From IMG/VR virus record IMGVR_UViG_3300032167_002916: DNA of 60,460 nt; one strand, 5' to 3'. A program made the position numbers and the translations under genes. This DNA comes from a virus (taxonomy: Duplodnaviria > Heunggongvirae > Uroviricota > Caudoviricetes). The notes under the pieces were generated by a model. It made no database searches. It was not told where the DNA came from and worked only from the letters and a program-made list of their open reading frames with translations. Positions 35,848 through 46,122 of this stretch are shown piece by piece. Each line of letters begins with the position of its first letter. The stretch's first letter is position 1.

Positions 35848-37259
35848 TGAACAGATGCGAACTGTTCGTTGATAATTTTGCCGGTGGAGGCGGAGCATCG
35901 ACGGGGATCGAAGTCGCTATTGGCAAAAGTGTAGACATTGCGATAAACCATGACCCGGCGGCAATTGCTATGCACAAAGTGAACCATCCAAATACAAAGC
36001 ATTATTGCGAGGATGTTTGGGAGGTAGACCCGATTGAGGCGTGCGACGGAAACCCTGTCGCACTTGCCTGGTTCTCTCCAGACTGCAAGCATTTTTCAAG
36101 AGCTAAGGGTGGTAAGCCTGTGGATAATAACATTAGAGGTCTTGCTTGGGTTTCTATCAAATGGGCAATGAAAGTTAGACCAAGGGTTATTATGTTAGAG
36201 AATGTGCCTGAAATCCAAACCTGGTGTCCTTTAGGCAGTGATAATAAACCAATCAAATCTAGGATAGGAGAAACGTTTAACGGATTTATATCTATATTAT
36301 CCGGTGGACTGTCTAAGCATCATCCTGCTTTTCAAGAGTGCTGCAAAGTTTTGGGCATTGACATGGATAGCAAGGAGGCCAATCTATTATCTAATGGCCT
36401 CGGCTATCAAGTTGAATATAGAGAAATATCCTCCTGCGATTATGGAGCTCCGACATCCAGAACTAGGTTTTATATGATCGCCAGAAGCGATGGAGAACCT
36501 ATCGTATGGCCGGCTACAACACATGCATGGCGAAATAGCGAAGAGGTTGTTTCTGGAGCTAAAGCACCATATAAGTCAATTGCGGAATGTATCGATTGGA
36601 CTAATCCAGGTACAAGTATTTTTGATAGGGAAAAGCCCTTATGCGAAAAGACCATACAAAGGATTGCTAAGGGTTTCAAGAAATTTATTCTCGATGATCC
36701 AGAGCCGTTTGTGGTAGATAATAAATATTTGCCCTATCTGATTCAATATCACAGTGAACAAAGCAACTCGGAAGTGCGTGGTCAAAAGATAACAGATCCA
36801 ATTATGACAGTAGACACGAGTAATCGCTATGCACTAATCATGCCTTACATCGTAACGCTTCGGAATAATATGATCGGACAAAATGTAGGCGATCCGATAG
36901 GCACAATTACTGCGGGTGGTAATCACCACATGGCCGTGTATGCCTATCTAATTAAATATTACGGAAGTATCGAAGCGTGTAGTGCGCAAGAACCCCTACA
37001 CACTATTACGACCAAAGACAGATTCGCTCTGGTGACAGTCCAAGAACAGGACTACATCGTAGCGGATATTTTTATGCGCTTTTTGACACCAAGAGAGTTA
37101 TTCAATGCGACAGGGTTTCCAGAAAACTATGTGATTGACAGGGACTGTAATGGTCAAGTGTATCCTAGAACTAAGCAGATAGCAAGATGTGGAAACGCTG
37201 TAACGCCACCTGTTGCAACAGCTTTGGTCAGGGCAAATCTGCCGGAATATTGTACTTAA
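35847..37259 (+). CDS. C5 DNA cytosine methyltransferase (orphan)
   Basis: FAGGGG motif I, SPDC motif IV, ENV motif VI, R.R motif VIII, GNAV motif X. Confidence 0.92.
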   Translation: MNRCELFVDNFAGGGGASTGIEVAIGKSVDIAINHDPAAIAMHKVNHPNTKHYCEDVWEVDPIEACDGNPVALAWFSPDCKHFSRAKGGKPVDNNIRGLAWVSIKWAMKVRPRVIMLENVPEIQTWCPLGSDNKPIKSRIGETFNGFISILSGGLSKHHPAFQECCKVLGIDMDSKEANLLSNGLGYQVEYREISSCDYGAPTSRTRFYMIARSDGEPIVWPATTHAWRNSEEVVSGAKAPYKSIAECIDWTNPGTSIFDREKPLCEKTIQRIAKGFKKFILDDPEPFVVDNKYLPYLIQYHSEQSNSEVRGQKITDPIMTVDTSNRYALIMPYIVTLRNNMIGQNVGDPIGTITAGGNHHMAVYAYLIKYYGSIEACSAQEPLHTITTKDRFALVTVQEQDYIVADIFMRFLTPRELFNATGFPENYVIDRDCNGQVYPRTKQIARCGNAVTPPVATALVRANLPEYCT

Positions 37260-37271
37260 AGAGGTAAAGAA

Positions 37272-37805
37272 ATGAATGTAGTTTGTATTTCCGGTAAAGC
37301 ACAGCATGGAAAAGATACAACTGCTGGCATTATCAAAGAATTATTGGAAGAACAGGGTGAAAAGGTCTTAGTAGCCCACTACGGAGACCTTGTTAAATAC
37401 ATATGCAGAACGTTCTTTAATTGGAATGGAGAAAAAGATGCTGCGGGAAGACATTTGCTGCAGTATGTCGGTACAGATGTGATTCGAAAGAAATACCCAG
37501 ACTACTGGGTTGATTTTGTAGCCGAGATGCTGGAATTGTTCAACGGAGAATGGGACTGGGTACTAATCCCAGATACCAGATTTCCTAACGAAGTGGAAGT
37601 AATGAAAGAGAAGTTTGGAGCAACGCATCTGCGTGTAATTCGGCAGAACTTTATTAGCCCACTAACAGAAGAACAGCAGCGACATCCATCTGAAACAGAA
37701 CTAGATGATTACTATGCTGATTGGTTTTTGTTTAATGATGGAACAATCGACAACTTAAAGACGACTGTAAATACTTGGTTCAAGGAGATTTATTATGCAG
37801 ACTAA
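37272..37805 (+). CDS. Deoxynucleoside monophosphate kinase-like P-loop protein
   Basis: ISGKAQHGKDT, LQYVGTD, IPDTRFPNE, HPSET. Confidence 0.8.
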   Translation: MNVVCISGKAQHGKDTTAGIIKELLEEQGEKVLVAHYGDLVKYICRTFFNWNGEKDAAGRHLLQYVGTDVIRKKYPDYWVDFVAEMLELFNGEWDWVLIPDTRFPNEVEVMKEKFGATHLRVIRQNFISPLTEEQQRHPSETELDDYYADWFLFNDGTIDNLKTTVNTWFKEIYYAD

Positions 37806-38436
37806 TCAGAACAACTACTACGATATCGAATTTGACTTCGAAGGCATTATGCTGGAAAGCGGCATGGTTGAGGAAATGTTCTACCTAAAAGATTTGAAGC
37901 AGCGCAAGCTGTTCTTAAATGAGGGTATTAACCAGAGCTCTATCGCAGAAATTGTTAAGCACATTATGCAGTTCAACTGTGAAGATAGGGGAATCCCCTC
38001 TGATGAACGCAAGCCAATCTTGCTGTATGTTGTGTCAAATGGTGGTGAGGTTGATTCCGGTTTTGAATTGATTGACATTATCCAGAACAGCAAAACCCCG
38101 GTGTACACCATCAATCTCGGCTATCAGTATTCAATGGGATTCTTGATTGGTTTGGCAGGCCATAAAAGATACGCAACGAAGAATGCTAAATTTCTGATGC
38201 ACGATGGATCGAATTTTATTTACGACTCCGGAGCAAAAGCACAGGACAGAATGCGATTCGACAGCAGAGTTGAGGAGCGCACTAAGGCATACATCCTGTC
38301 TCGTGGTAATTTGACTAGCGAAGAGTACGATGCTAAGTTCCGTGTCGAATGGTATATGTTCGCCGACGAAGCAAAAGAGCGAGGATTTGTAGACTATATT
38401 ATCGGCGAAGATTGCGATATCGATGAAGTGATCTGA
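37795..38436 (+). CDS. ClpP-like serine protease subunit
   Basis: SNGGEV, YSMG nucleophile, LMHDG, W..ADEA...G.VD. Confidence 0.85.
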   Translation: MQTNQNNYYDIEFDFEGIMLESGMVEEMFYLKDLKQRKLFLNEGINQSSIAEIVKHIMQFNCEDRGIPSDERKPILLYVVSNGGEVDSGFELIDIIQNSKTPVYTINLGYQYSMGFLIGLAGHKRYATKNAKFLMHDGSNFIYDSGAKAQDRMRFDSRVEERTKAYILSRGNLTSEEYDAKFRVEWYMFADEAKERGFVDYIIGEDCDIDEVI

Positions 38437-38446
38437 GGTGATCCTA

Positions 38447-39157
38447 ATGGCTGCAAAGAAAAGAGCAGTAATGGAATTTGCTGGAAACGCACCTCAGGAA
38501 ATTGACGGAAATATCTTTTATGGGCTCCAACTAGATGATGAGCAATGCAAATTCGCCAATGCAATTTGGAACCCTAACATCGACATTGTCTTTTGCAATT
38601 CAAAAGCAGGCACGGGTAAAACAACAATCGCAACGGGCGTTGCTAATATGCTAGTGCAATATGGTAAATTCGAAAATATCGTATACATAATGTCTCCGTA
38701 TGGAGAACGTAAACAAGGATGGCTTCCCGGAACAATCACCGAGAAGTCATCTGTTTATTTTGAAGCATTTTACCAGGCGCTAATTACCTGCGGCATCAAT
38801 CCGCATACAGCAATTAACACAGAAAGCATGGTAAATCAAAAAAATGGCACAGGATACATCACATGTATTACTGACACATTTTTACGCGGCGATAACCTTG
38901 ACAATGCTGTTGTCATCCTTGATGAATCACAAAACTACACAGTCGGCCAATTAAAAACAATACTAACCAGAATTCACGACAATGCAAAGGTAATTGTTAT
39001 TGGTCACGAATTACAGTGTGATTTGGATAATCCTGAAAGAAGTGGATTTACCAAATATATCGAGCATTTCAAAGGCCAAGACAAAGCAGCCTTCTGCACT
39101 CTGGTAAACAACCATAGAGGTTGGATCAGTAGACATGCAGATGCTTTAGAGGAATGA
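38447..39157 (+). CDS. phoH: PhoH-family ATPase
   Basis: KAGTGKT, FLRG, ILDESQN, LTRI, IGH..Q.D. Confidence 0.9.
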   Translation: MAAKKRAVMEFAGNAPQEIDGNIFYGLQLDDEQCKFANAIWNPNIDIVFCNSKAGTGKTTIATGVANMLVQYGKFENIVYIMSPYGERKQGWLPGTITEKSSVYFEAFYQALITCGINPHTAINTESMVNQKNGTGYITCITDTFLRGDNLDNAVVILDESQNYTVGQLKTILTRIHDNAKVIVIGHELQCDLDNPERSGFTKYIEHFKGQDKAAFCTLVNNHRGWISRHADALEE

Positions 39158-39870
39158 GGTGTACATTGCTAAGAATTCTAATTGATATGGATGATACAAT
39201 CGAACACTTAGTTAGTGCGTGGATCAAATGCCTGAATAGTAGATACGGAACTTCTGTCAAACAGGAGGAAGTGACACAGTGGGATCTACAAATTGCCTTT
39301 CCTTCTCTAACAAAGGAGCAAATTCATGCTCCTTTAGAAGAGGATGAATTTTGGCAACATGTAGAACCCATGGAAGGGGCTGCTGAAGCCATTCAATGGA
39401 TGCAGAAGAGAGGTTATCAGGTATACATTGTTACAGCATCTGCATATCGTACGATTCGTCCCAAAATGGAGCAAATGCTTTTCAGGCATTTCCCCTTTTT
39501 AACTTGGGACAATGTCATTATTACAAATCATAAGCAGATGATAAACGGCGATATTTTAATCGATGATGCGCCTCACAATCTAGTCCAAGGAAAATACGTC
39601 CAGGTTCTTATGAGCGCACCACATAACCAATCATTTAATGCTGAAGCAAACGGCATGCTTAGAGTGACCAATTGGAGTGAAGTAATATCCATTATCGAAG
39701 GTATTGAAATCGAGAGACGGCTGTCGCAGGAGACAATAAACTATGCGATGCGATATAGGCAAAATCCCGACCTGTTTGCAGAAGAAATTTTGGGACTAAA
39801 ATTGAAGCCTCATCAAAGAAAATTACTCCAGTTATACAGCAAAAGGCTTGGATTTCAAACCAAAAATTAA
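39154..39870 (+). CDS. 5'(3')-deoxyribonucleotidase (NT5C, HAD) with terminase-like C-terminal extension
   Basis: IDMDDT, IVTA, LIDDAPHNL; tail YRQNPDLFAEEILGLKLKPHQRKLL. Confidence 0.85.
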   Translation: MRCTLLRILIDMDDTIEHLVSAWIKCLNSRYGTSVKQEEVTQWDLQIAFPSLTKEQIHAPLEEDEFWQHVEPMEGAAEAIQWMQKRGYQVYIVTASAYRTIRPKMEQMLFRHFPFLTWDNVIITNHKQMINGDILIDDAPHNLVQGKYVQVLMSAPHNQSFNAEANGMLRVTNWSEVISIIEGIEIERRLSQETINYAMRYRQNPDLFAEEILGLKLKPHQRKLLQLYSKRLGFQTKN

Positions 39871-39888
39871 ACACAAAGGAGAAATGCT

Positions 39889-42102
39889 ATGGTTGTAATC
39901 AAACGAGATGGTAGAGTGGCTCAATTCGACAAAAGTAAAATCGTAAATGCTGTTTTGAAGGCATTTGCGGAAATTGACGAAGTTGTGACGCCCTATGCCA
40001 AAAGTAAGGCAGCAGAAATTGCGAATTATATCAGCGATCTTGATGTAGAAAGCATCGAGGTAGAACAGGTTCAGGACATTGTTGAACAAAAACTGATGGC
40101 AAGCAATAGAAAAGACGTTGCCAAAACCTATATTTTGTATCGTGACAATAGAAACCATGTTAGAGAACGCAATAGTAAGATAAATCGAGAGATCGCAGAG
40201 AAATTACAAGCAATTAACGTCAGTAATCAGAATGCAAATGTCGATGAAAAGTCTTTTGGTGGCAGAATTGGTAGCGCAAGCGGCGCCGTGATGAAGAAAT
40301 ATGCCTTAGATTACTGTGTCTCTGACATGGCGCGCAGAAATCACCTAAACAACGAAGTATACATACATGATCTTGACCACTATGCAGTAGGAGATCACAA
40401 TTGTTTGTCAATTCCATTTGATAAGTTACTTGCAAATGGCTTCAATACCCGTCAGACGGACGTTAGACCGGCTCAATCTGTTAACACAGCCTTCCAGTTG
40501 GTTGCAGTAATCTTCCAGTTACAGAGCCTTCAGCAGTTCGGTGGTGTATCGGCAACGCACTTGGACTGGACGATGGTTCCTTATGTGAGAAAAAGCTTTT
40601 TTAAGCACTACAAAGACGGCGTAAAGTATTTAGAACACAAGGAGTTAGACTACAGTTTCCACAGTGAACTGTCAATTAACGAAGACGACTATAAAGTATA
40701 CTCTCCTGTAGCATACGAATATGCATTGGATATGACTGAGAAAGAAACTAGACAAGCAGTCGAAGCAATGTATCATAATTTGAATACATTACAGAGCCGA
40801 TCTGGCAATCAGCTCCCGTTTACATCCATTAACTACGGCACATGTACACTTCCCGAAGGTAGAATGGTGACAAAGGCATTGCTTGACACATCTATTAAGG
40901 GTATTGGAAAGCTCCATAAGACCTCAATTTTCCCATGCGGTATCTTCCAGATGATGAAGGGCGTGAACCGTGAACCGGGCGACCCGAATTATGACCTGTA
41001 CAAACTGGCACTTACTTCTACTGCACAGCGGCTGTACCCCAATTATGCAAATGTAGACTGGTCTGGCAATGCTGGATACGATATTGATGACCCAAAAACT
41101 TACTTCAGTACAATGGGCTGCCGAACAGCAAACGGAATGGATGTCAATGGCTTTGGACAGCTGAAAGACGGGCGTGGTAATCTTTGCCCAGTGACAATCA
41201 TTATGCCTACACTAGCAATGTTGGCACAAGAAGAACTATGTGACGGCGAATACCACTCTTCTTCTGAGTTTATCGGTACATTTATGAAACTCCTGGATAA
41301 GAAAATCCATGAAGCTAAGGATATGCTGCTTGAGCGGTTTGAATATATGTGTAGTCAGTCTCCTGATTCTGCAAAATTCATGTATGAAAATGGTTTAATG
41401 GAAGGATATGTACCAGAAGAGGGTATTCGATCTGCATTAAAGCATGGTACATTGGTTATTGGACAGCTGGGTCTGGCAGAAACGTTGCAGATTTTAATTG
41501 GGTGTGACCATACAGAACCACGCGGTATGGCTTTGGCAAAGGAAATTGAGCAATTATTCAAAGATCGTTGTGCACAATTCAAGAAAGAATACAGTTTGAA
41601 TTTCGGCGTGTATTATACACCTGCAGAAAATCTGTGCTTCACAGCTATGACAAAGTTCAAAGAGACATATGGTGAGATTCCCAACGTTTCTGATAAGAAA
41701 TTCTTCACCAACAGCATGCATGTCCCTGTTTGGAAGAAGGTCGACCCGTTCACTAAGATTGATATTGAATCTGAACTGACCGGATATAGCAACGCAGGCT
41801 GTATTACTTACGTTGAACTTGATGCCGGTGTCAAGCATAATATCGATGCACTCGAAGCAATCGTAAATTACGCTATGGACAAAGACATTCCGTATTTTGC
41901 AGTGAACGTTCCTAATGACATGTGCGTCGACTGTGGTTATACAGACTACATTGATAGAGAATGTCCTATGTGTGGTTGCAGAAAAATTCGTAGACTCCGC
42001 CGTGTTACCGGATATCTGACAGGTGACTACATTGAAGCGTTCAACGAAGGCAAGCAGCAGGAAGTTGAAATGCGTGTCAAACACATGGAATATCAGAACT
42101 AA
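39889..42102 (+). CDS. nrdD: Anaerobic ribonucleoside-triphosphate reductase (class III)
   Basis: ATP-cone VIKRDG, HDLD..NC, MGCRT, TPAE, CxxC..CPMC, RRVTGYL glycyl-radical loop. Confidence 0.97.
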   Translation: MVVIKRDGRVAQFDKSKIVNAVLKAFAEIDEVVTPYAKSKAAEIANYISDLDVESIEVEQVQDIVEQKLMASNRKDVAKTYILYRDNRNHVRERNSKINREIAEKLQAINVSNQNANVDEKSFGGRIGSASGAVMKKYALDYCVSDMARRNHLNNEVYIHDLDHYAVGDHNCLSIPFDKLLANGFNTRQTDVRPAQSVNTAFQLVAVIFQLQSLQQFGGVSATHLDWTMVPYVRKSFFKHYKDGVKYLEHKELDYSFHSELSINEDDYKVYSPVAYEYALDMTEKETRQAVEAMYHNLNTLQSRSGNQLPFTSINYGTCTLPEGRMVTKALLDTSIKGIGKLHKTSIFPCGIFQMMKGVNREPGDPNYDLYKLALTSTAQRLYPNYANVDWSGNAGYDIDDPKTYFSTMGCRTANGMDVNGFGQLKDGRGNLCPVTIIMPTLAMLAQEELCDGEYHSSSEFIGTFMKLLDKKIHEAKDMLLERFEYMCSQSPDSAKFMYENGLMEGYVPEEGIRSALKHGTLVIGQLGLAETLQILIGCDHTEPRGMALAKEIEQLFKDRCAQFKKEYSLNFGVYYTPAENLCFTAMTKFKETYGEIPNVSDKKFFTNSMHVPVWKKVDPFTKIDIESELTGYSNAGCITYVELDAGVKHNIDALEAIVNYAMDKDIPYFAVNVPNDMCVDCGYTDYIDRECPMCGCRKIRRLRRVTGYLTGDYIEAFNEGKQQEVEMRVKHMEYQN

Positions 42103-42124
42103 AAAGGAGCCCTACGTGGGCTCC
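42101..42124 (-). terminator. Hairpin oriented as a minus-strand terminator
   Basis: GGAGCCC/GGGCTCC perfect stem preceded by A5 on the + strand. Confidence 0.5.
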
Positions 42125-42188
42125 ACAATAGTCTTAACAACATTGTCGGTTGGGAAAATAAAACGAATATTTGATAAAGAGGTTCATA

Positions 42189-42680
42189 ATGAATTACGCA
42201 TCAATAAATAAAGTCGACGTGGCAAATGGTGACGGCATCAGAGTGAGTGTCTTTGTCTCTGGATGCAGGCATTACTGTAAAGGCTGCTTTAATGAAGAGG
42301 CGTGGGACTTCAACTATGGACAAAAATTCACAGAAGATACGATAAACGAAATCATAAATGCAATGAACCATGGTTATATTTCTGGTTTAACAATACTTGG
42401 TGGAGAACCATTCGATCCAGATAATATTAAAAATGTTACAGATCTCTGCCGCTTGGTAAAAAGTATTTATCCAGAGAAATCAATATGGGCATATACAGGT
42501 TTTGTTTATGAAGAGATATGCAACAACGAAGTTATGAAATACATAGATGTTTTAGTTGATGGTCCGTTCATTTATGAGGAACGTGATTTAACACTAAAGT
42601 TTAAGGGATCAAAAAATCAAAGGGTGATTGATGTCCCAGAAACAAGAACTTTAGGACATATAACACTTTACATAGAATAA
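42189..42680 (+). CDS. nrdG: Anaerobic RNR activating protein (radical SAM)
   Basis: GCRHYCKGCFN CxxxCxxC, LGGEP, DVLVDG. Confidence 0.95.
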   Translation: MNYASINKVDVANGDGIRVSVFVSGCRHYCKGCFNEEAWDFNYGQKFTEDTINEIINAMNHGYISGLTILGGEPFDPDNIKNVTDLCRLVKSIYPEKSIWAYTGFVYEEICNNEVMKYIDVLVDGPFIYEERDLTLKFKGSKNQRVIDVPETRTLGHITLYIE

Positions 42681-42694
42681 AAGAGGTATTCAAA

Positions 42695-42970
42695 ATGGTT
42701 TATAAAGATCACATCGTAGCACATGCAGCCAAAACTGTTGGTATTACAAAAAAGGAAGCTGAAGCAGTGGTGAATGCGACACTAGAAGCAATTACCAATG
42801 CGCTGAGTGATGGTGAAAAGGTTCAGCTGACCGGCTTCGGCACTTTTGAGGTGAAGCGTCGGAACGCAAGAACTGGCAGAAATCCCCACACTGGTGAGGC
42901 GATCAGCATTCCTGCCAAGAATGTTCCTAACTTCAAGCCCGGTAAGGCTCTGAAGGAACTAATTTCCTAA
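42695..42970 (+). CDS. hup: Histone-like DNA-binding protein HU
   Basis: LTGFGTFEV, RTGRNPHTGE, FKPGKALKE. Confidence 0.95.
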   Translation: MVYKDHIVAHAAKTVGITKKEAEAVVNATLEAITNALSDGEKVQLTGFGTFEVKRRNARTGRNPHTGEAISIPAKNVPNFKPGKALKELIS

Positions 42971-42977
42971 TTATCAG

Positions 42978-43286
42978 TTGGGAAAACGAAATATGAAAAC
43001 AACAGACCCATATATTGAAAAATTTCCAATGGAATTCTACGCAGATCCGCGTACTGCGTTTATAAAACCTGTAGATACGAGAACCCCATATGAACAATAT
43101 GAATCGGGCAAAAAGTGGATTTACGTTGATTTGTCTGACATCTTTCCAAACGAGAAGCCGTATTGGATAACCAGGGAAGGATATTACAATAAATTCATTC
43201 ATCCACGAAGTCCCGCTGATAGGTACTGGGTATCAAGATATAATATGCAAATAAAGCTATTGGGTCCAAAGAATAATACCGAATGA
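42978..43286 (+). CDS. Hypothetical protein
   Basis: Fills the gap in the operon; start uncertain. Confidence 0.5.
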   Translation: MGKRNMKTTDPYIEKFPMEFYADPRTAFIKPVDTRTPYEQYESGKKWIYVDLSDIFPNEKPYWITREGYYNKFIHPRSPADRYWVSRYNMQIKLLGPKNNTE

Positions 43287-43297
43287 GGATTGAGTAA

Positions 43298-44053
43298 ATG
43301 CTATCTATAATTCAGGTCGGCCATAATGATGCGTCTGACCGCTATATTAGAAATAAAATCGCAGCGATCGAAACAGCTGGAATGGTAGCGGAAGTTATCA
43401 ATCTGCCAGAAAATACTTCTACGGAAGATATTTTAAGCTGTATCAGGGCAGCAGACATTAAAGATGGGAACTCAGCAATTATGGTTCAGCTCCCATTGCC
43501 GCCACAAATCGAAAAGGACATTGTTTTGCGAAACATTCCTGTTGAAAAGGATATTGACGGACTGAACCCACACAGTAATTATAAGCCGCTAACGCCTTGT
43601 GCGATTATGAGATGGCTAGAGAAATATAAGCTACAGGGGAGAAATGTGGTGATCTTCGGAAAATCTGATTTGGTTGGTAAACCACTAGCGAATATGCTAA
43701 TGGAGGCCGGTGCAACTGTTACTGTGATGAACAGCAAAACAACAGAGTGGTTCCGTGAATTGCACTGCCAATTTGCAGATATTATCGTCGTCGCTACTGG
43801 CAAGACAAATACATTCAAGAAAAACTATGTCAGTGATATCATTGTCCAAACTGTGATTGACGTTGGCATTAACAGAAATGACGAAGGAAAACTATGCGGC
43901 GATGTCTCTGCAGAAGCCAGAGAATTGATAGGGGAGCATCATGGAACATGTACCCCCGTTCCAGGCGGCGTAGGGAAATGGACAGTGAATGAGCTTGTAC
44001 TTAGACTAAAAGAAATGGAAAACAAGGAGAAATATAATGAAAATCAAGACTAA
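43298..44053 (+). CDS. folD: Methylene-THF dehydrogenase/cyclohydrolase, N-terminally shortened
   Basis: VQLPLP, KDIDG, TPCA, GKSDLVGKP, IDVGIN, TPVPGGVG. Confidence 0.9.
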   Translation: MLSIIQVGHNDASDRYIRNKIAAIETAGMVAEVINLPENTSTEDILSCIRAADIKDGNSAIMVQLPLPPQIEKDIVLRNIPVEKDIDGLNPHSNYKPLTPCAIMRWLEKYKLQGRNVVIFGKSDLVGKPLANMLMEAGATVTVMNSKTTEWFRELHCQFADIIVVATGKTNTFKKNYVSDIIVQTVIDVGINRNDEGKLCGDVSAEARELIGEHHGTCTPVPGGVGKWTVNELVLRLKEMENKEKYNENQD

Positions 44054-44567
44054 GAAGTTGAGAGAACACGCAATCATCCCTGCAATTGGATCTAAAGAAG
44101 CTGCTGGCGCTGACTTATACGCATGTGGTGAGACTGAAGATTTTTCCGTAATGATTCATCCGGGAGAAACCGTGATGATTGGCACTGGTGTCGCCATGGC
44201 TATTCCCAAGAGCTGTGTTGGCTTAGTTTTTGCTCGTAGTGGCATGGCTACAAAGAGAGGTCTGCGTCCTGCAAACTGTGTTGGTGTCATTGATAGTGAC
44301 TACCGTGGTGAAATTATCGTAGCACTACATAACGACAGCGATGGTCATGAGATCATCAAAAGCGGTGAAAGAATCGCCCAGCTAGTTATTGTTCCATATA
44401 TCAAAGTCGAGTGCGCTGTCACTGATGAACTAGACTCCACTGAACGTGGTGAAGGTGGCTTCGGCAGCACGGGTTACTTCTCTAATGATTTCGGTCAAAT
44501 GAACTTCCTTGATCTCCTGTTCGGTAAACACGAAGAAGATGAAAAGGTAAACGATGGAACTGTTTGA
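44037..44567 (+). CDS. dut: Trimeric dUTPase
   Basis: AAGADL, RSG, GVIDSDYRGE, RIAQL, RGEGGFGSTG. Confidence 0.96.
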   Translation: MKIKTKKLREHAIIPAIGSKEAAGADLYACGETEDFSVMIHPGETVMIGTGVAMAIPKSCVGLVFARSGMATKRGLRPANCVGVIDSDYRGEIIVALHNDSDGHEIIKSGERIAQLVIVPYIKVECAVTDELDSTERGEGGFGSTGYFSNDFGQMNFLDLLFGKHEEDEKVNDGTV

Positions 44568-44787
44568 TGTTTACTTCGAAGTGCTAATTGATGAAAAAGT
44601 GGTTATGAAATTCACAATGAGAGCGCCAGCCGATGCAATAATCGCACATTTCGTTGATACAGCAAGACAAATTAAAAATGACCCTAGACATATGAAGCTC
44701 CGAGTTGTAAGGCCGGAGTTGATATGGGATCAATTCGATAGGGAGCACAGAGTGCTAGAAAACTGCATCGAAATTCAGAATTATTAA
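44554..44787 (+). CDS. Hypothetical small protein, last gene of the + strand block
   Basis: SD AAGGT, overlaps dut stop. Confidence 0.6.
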   Translation: MELFDVYFEVLIDEKVVMKFTMRAPADAIIAHFVDTARQIKNDPRHMKLRVVRPELIWDQFDREHRVLENCIEIQNY

Positions 44788-44791
44788 CATT

Positions 44792-44828
44792 AGTGGTGGT
44801 GCTTATTGTGCCACCGCTTTTATTTTTT
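44792..44828 (+). terminator. Terminator at the strand-convergence point, overlapping the tniQ stop codon
   Basis: 11-bp stem (44792-802/44808-818, with G-U pairs), T-rich tail; tniQ stop lies in the loop. Confidence 0.7.
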
Positions 44829-46122
44829 CTGCAATAATTGGATCGTCAAGATACGGAAGAGAAGCGATGACATTCCGTACACGCATATTTGTTAATTTCA
44901 TCAATCCTGTCATATGCACTACGCCAACCGAACCCAACATTGTCTTAGCCGCCCATTCCAGCTCCCGTGCCCAATATTGTTCCTGGGACTCCGTGTACTT
45001 CATAATTTCTGCACGACACAAAGGATAATTCCGCAGCCCGTTCTTCGGCATACCAAGCATCCGTTCGATCATACCAACGGAGATTCTTACTGGGCGTTGG
45101 TCTGGATGCTGCCGAACACTGGCGATTACGTCTATGACCTTCGGAAGTGTGTCAATATCTTTGGCATTCCAATCATGCTTTTTCGCACCGCCGTTTGTGT
45201 GAGATTCCTTAGATTTGCATGACGGCACATACTCTGGCAATTCAATCGATGACAGGTCGCCTGCAGGTATTTCGAGGAACATGGCGAGCATACATATTTC
45301 CACAATGTTGGTGCGTACACCAGAGAACACCTTCTCTATTTGCCAATCCTGCTTAAATTTAGGACATGGAAAATCTTTGTAAAAATCCATGAAATCTGAA
45401 TGTAGAAGTTCAATATATCTCTTGCGCCCGTGGCTGGATAGATATTTTGTTCCTGCCAATCGATAGTGCAGGAATCTACCGACAGGCGCGTCTGATTTGA
45501 TGTCCAGATCCGCAGTAAAAACTTCTGCGACATATTCAGCCAGACGGCACTCCAACTCTTTCTCGGTAAATATAATCTCTGCATCAGATATTTCGTCTTC
45601 TGCAGTAATCAGATTTGGACTCACGGAGCTGTTGGTCGGGATGGCGCTGTTAATCAGCCGGCACTGGTGGGCGGGGCAGACATCTACTCCGACCATCTGA
45701 TGAATCCTGTGCCAATAGGTTTCTCCGAACCGCTCTCTATCATTTTGAACACAGGCAGGGCAGTATCGGAGATAACGTACAGACCTACTTTTTGGAATAG
45801 GTAGGAGCCGCCGATAATCTGTTCGCATATTGACCAGAGAGTTAAAAGCTCCCATCCTGCGCTCCGCCTTCAGGAACCGACCATAATACGGGAACATCGT
45901 GTGCTTCATAATAATTTCTTCTAACGGCATTGTCGAAGTAATTACAGAAAACGCTTCTGGCGTATAGGCGTTCAGAAACTCCACATCCGGTCTGACAGTC
46001 TTACTTTGAAATAACTGCTCTGCAGTGAAGATATATGCTAGGTTCCCAGAACGTGCATGGTATCGAGCCAGCTGACTGTACAGCAGTTCGTCGGGATAAA
46101 TCGCAGGAAATTGTGTAATCAT
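44803..46122 (-). CDS. tniQ: TniQ/TnsD-family target selector
   Basis: YPDELLYS.LARY, CPAC...ETYWHRIHQ..GV.VCPAHQC zinc finger, TnsD-like C-terminal extension. Confidence 0.88.
   Translation of the reverse strand: MITQFPAIYPDELLYSQLARYHARSGNLAYIFTAEQLFQSKTVRPDVEFLNAYTPEAFSVITSTMPLEEIIMKHTMFPYYGRFLKAERRMGAFNSLVNMRTDYRRLLPIPKSRSVRYLRYCPACVQNDRERFGETYWHRIHQMVGVDVCPAHQCRLINSAIPTNSSVSPNLITAEDEISDAEIIFTEKELECRLAEYVAEVFTADLDIKSDAPVGRFLHYRLAGTKYLSSHGRKRYIELLHSDFMDFYKDFPCPKFKQDWQIEKVFSGVRTNIVEICMLAMFLEIPAGDLSSIELPEYVPSCKSKESHTNGGAKKHDWNAKDIDTLPKVIDVIASVRQHPDQRPVRISVGMIERMLGMPKNGLRNYPLCRAEIMKYTESQEQYWARELEWAAKTMLGSVGVVHMTGLMKLTNMRVRNVIASLPYLDDPIIAEKIKAVAQ

Noticed and set aside
44500-44830. Right end of a self-contained mini-Tn7
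   Set aside because: No cluster of CCCAAA/TTTGGG motifs, TGT/ACA terminus or target duplication; only a terminator shared with the phage operon.
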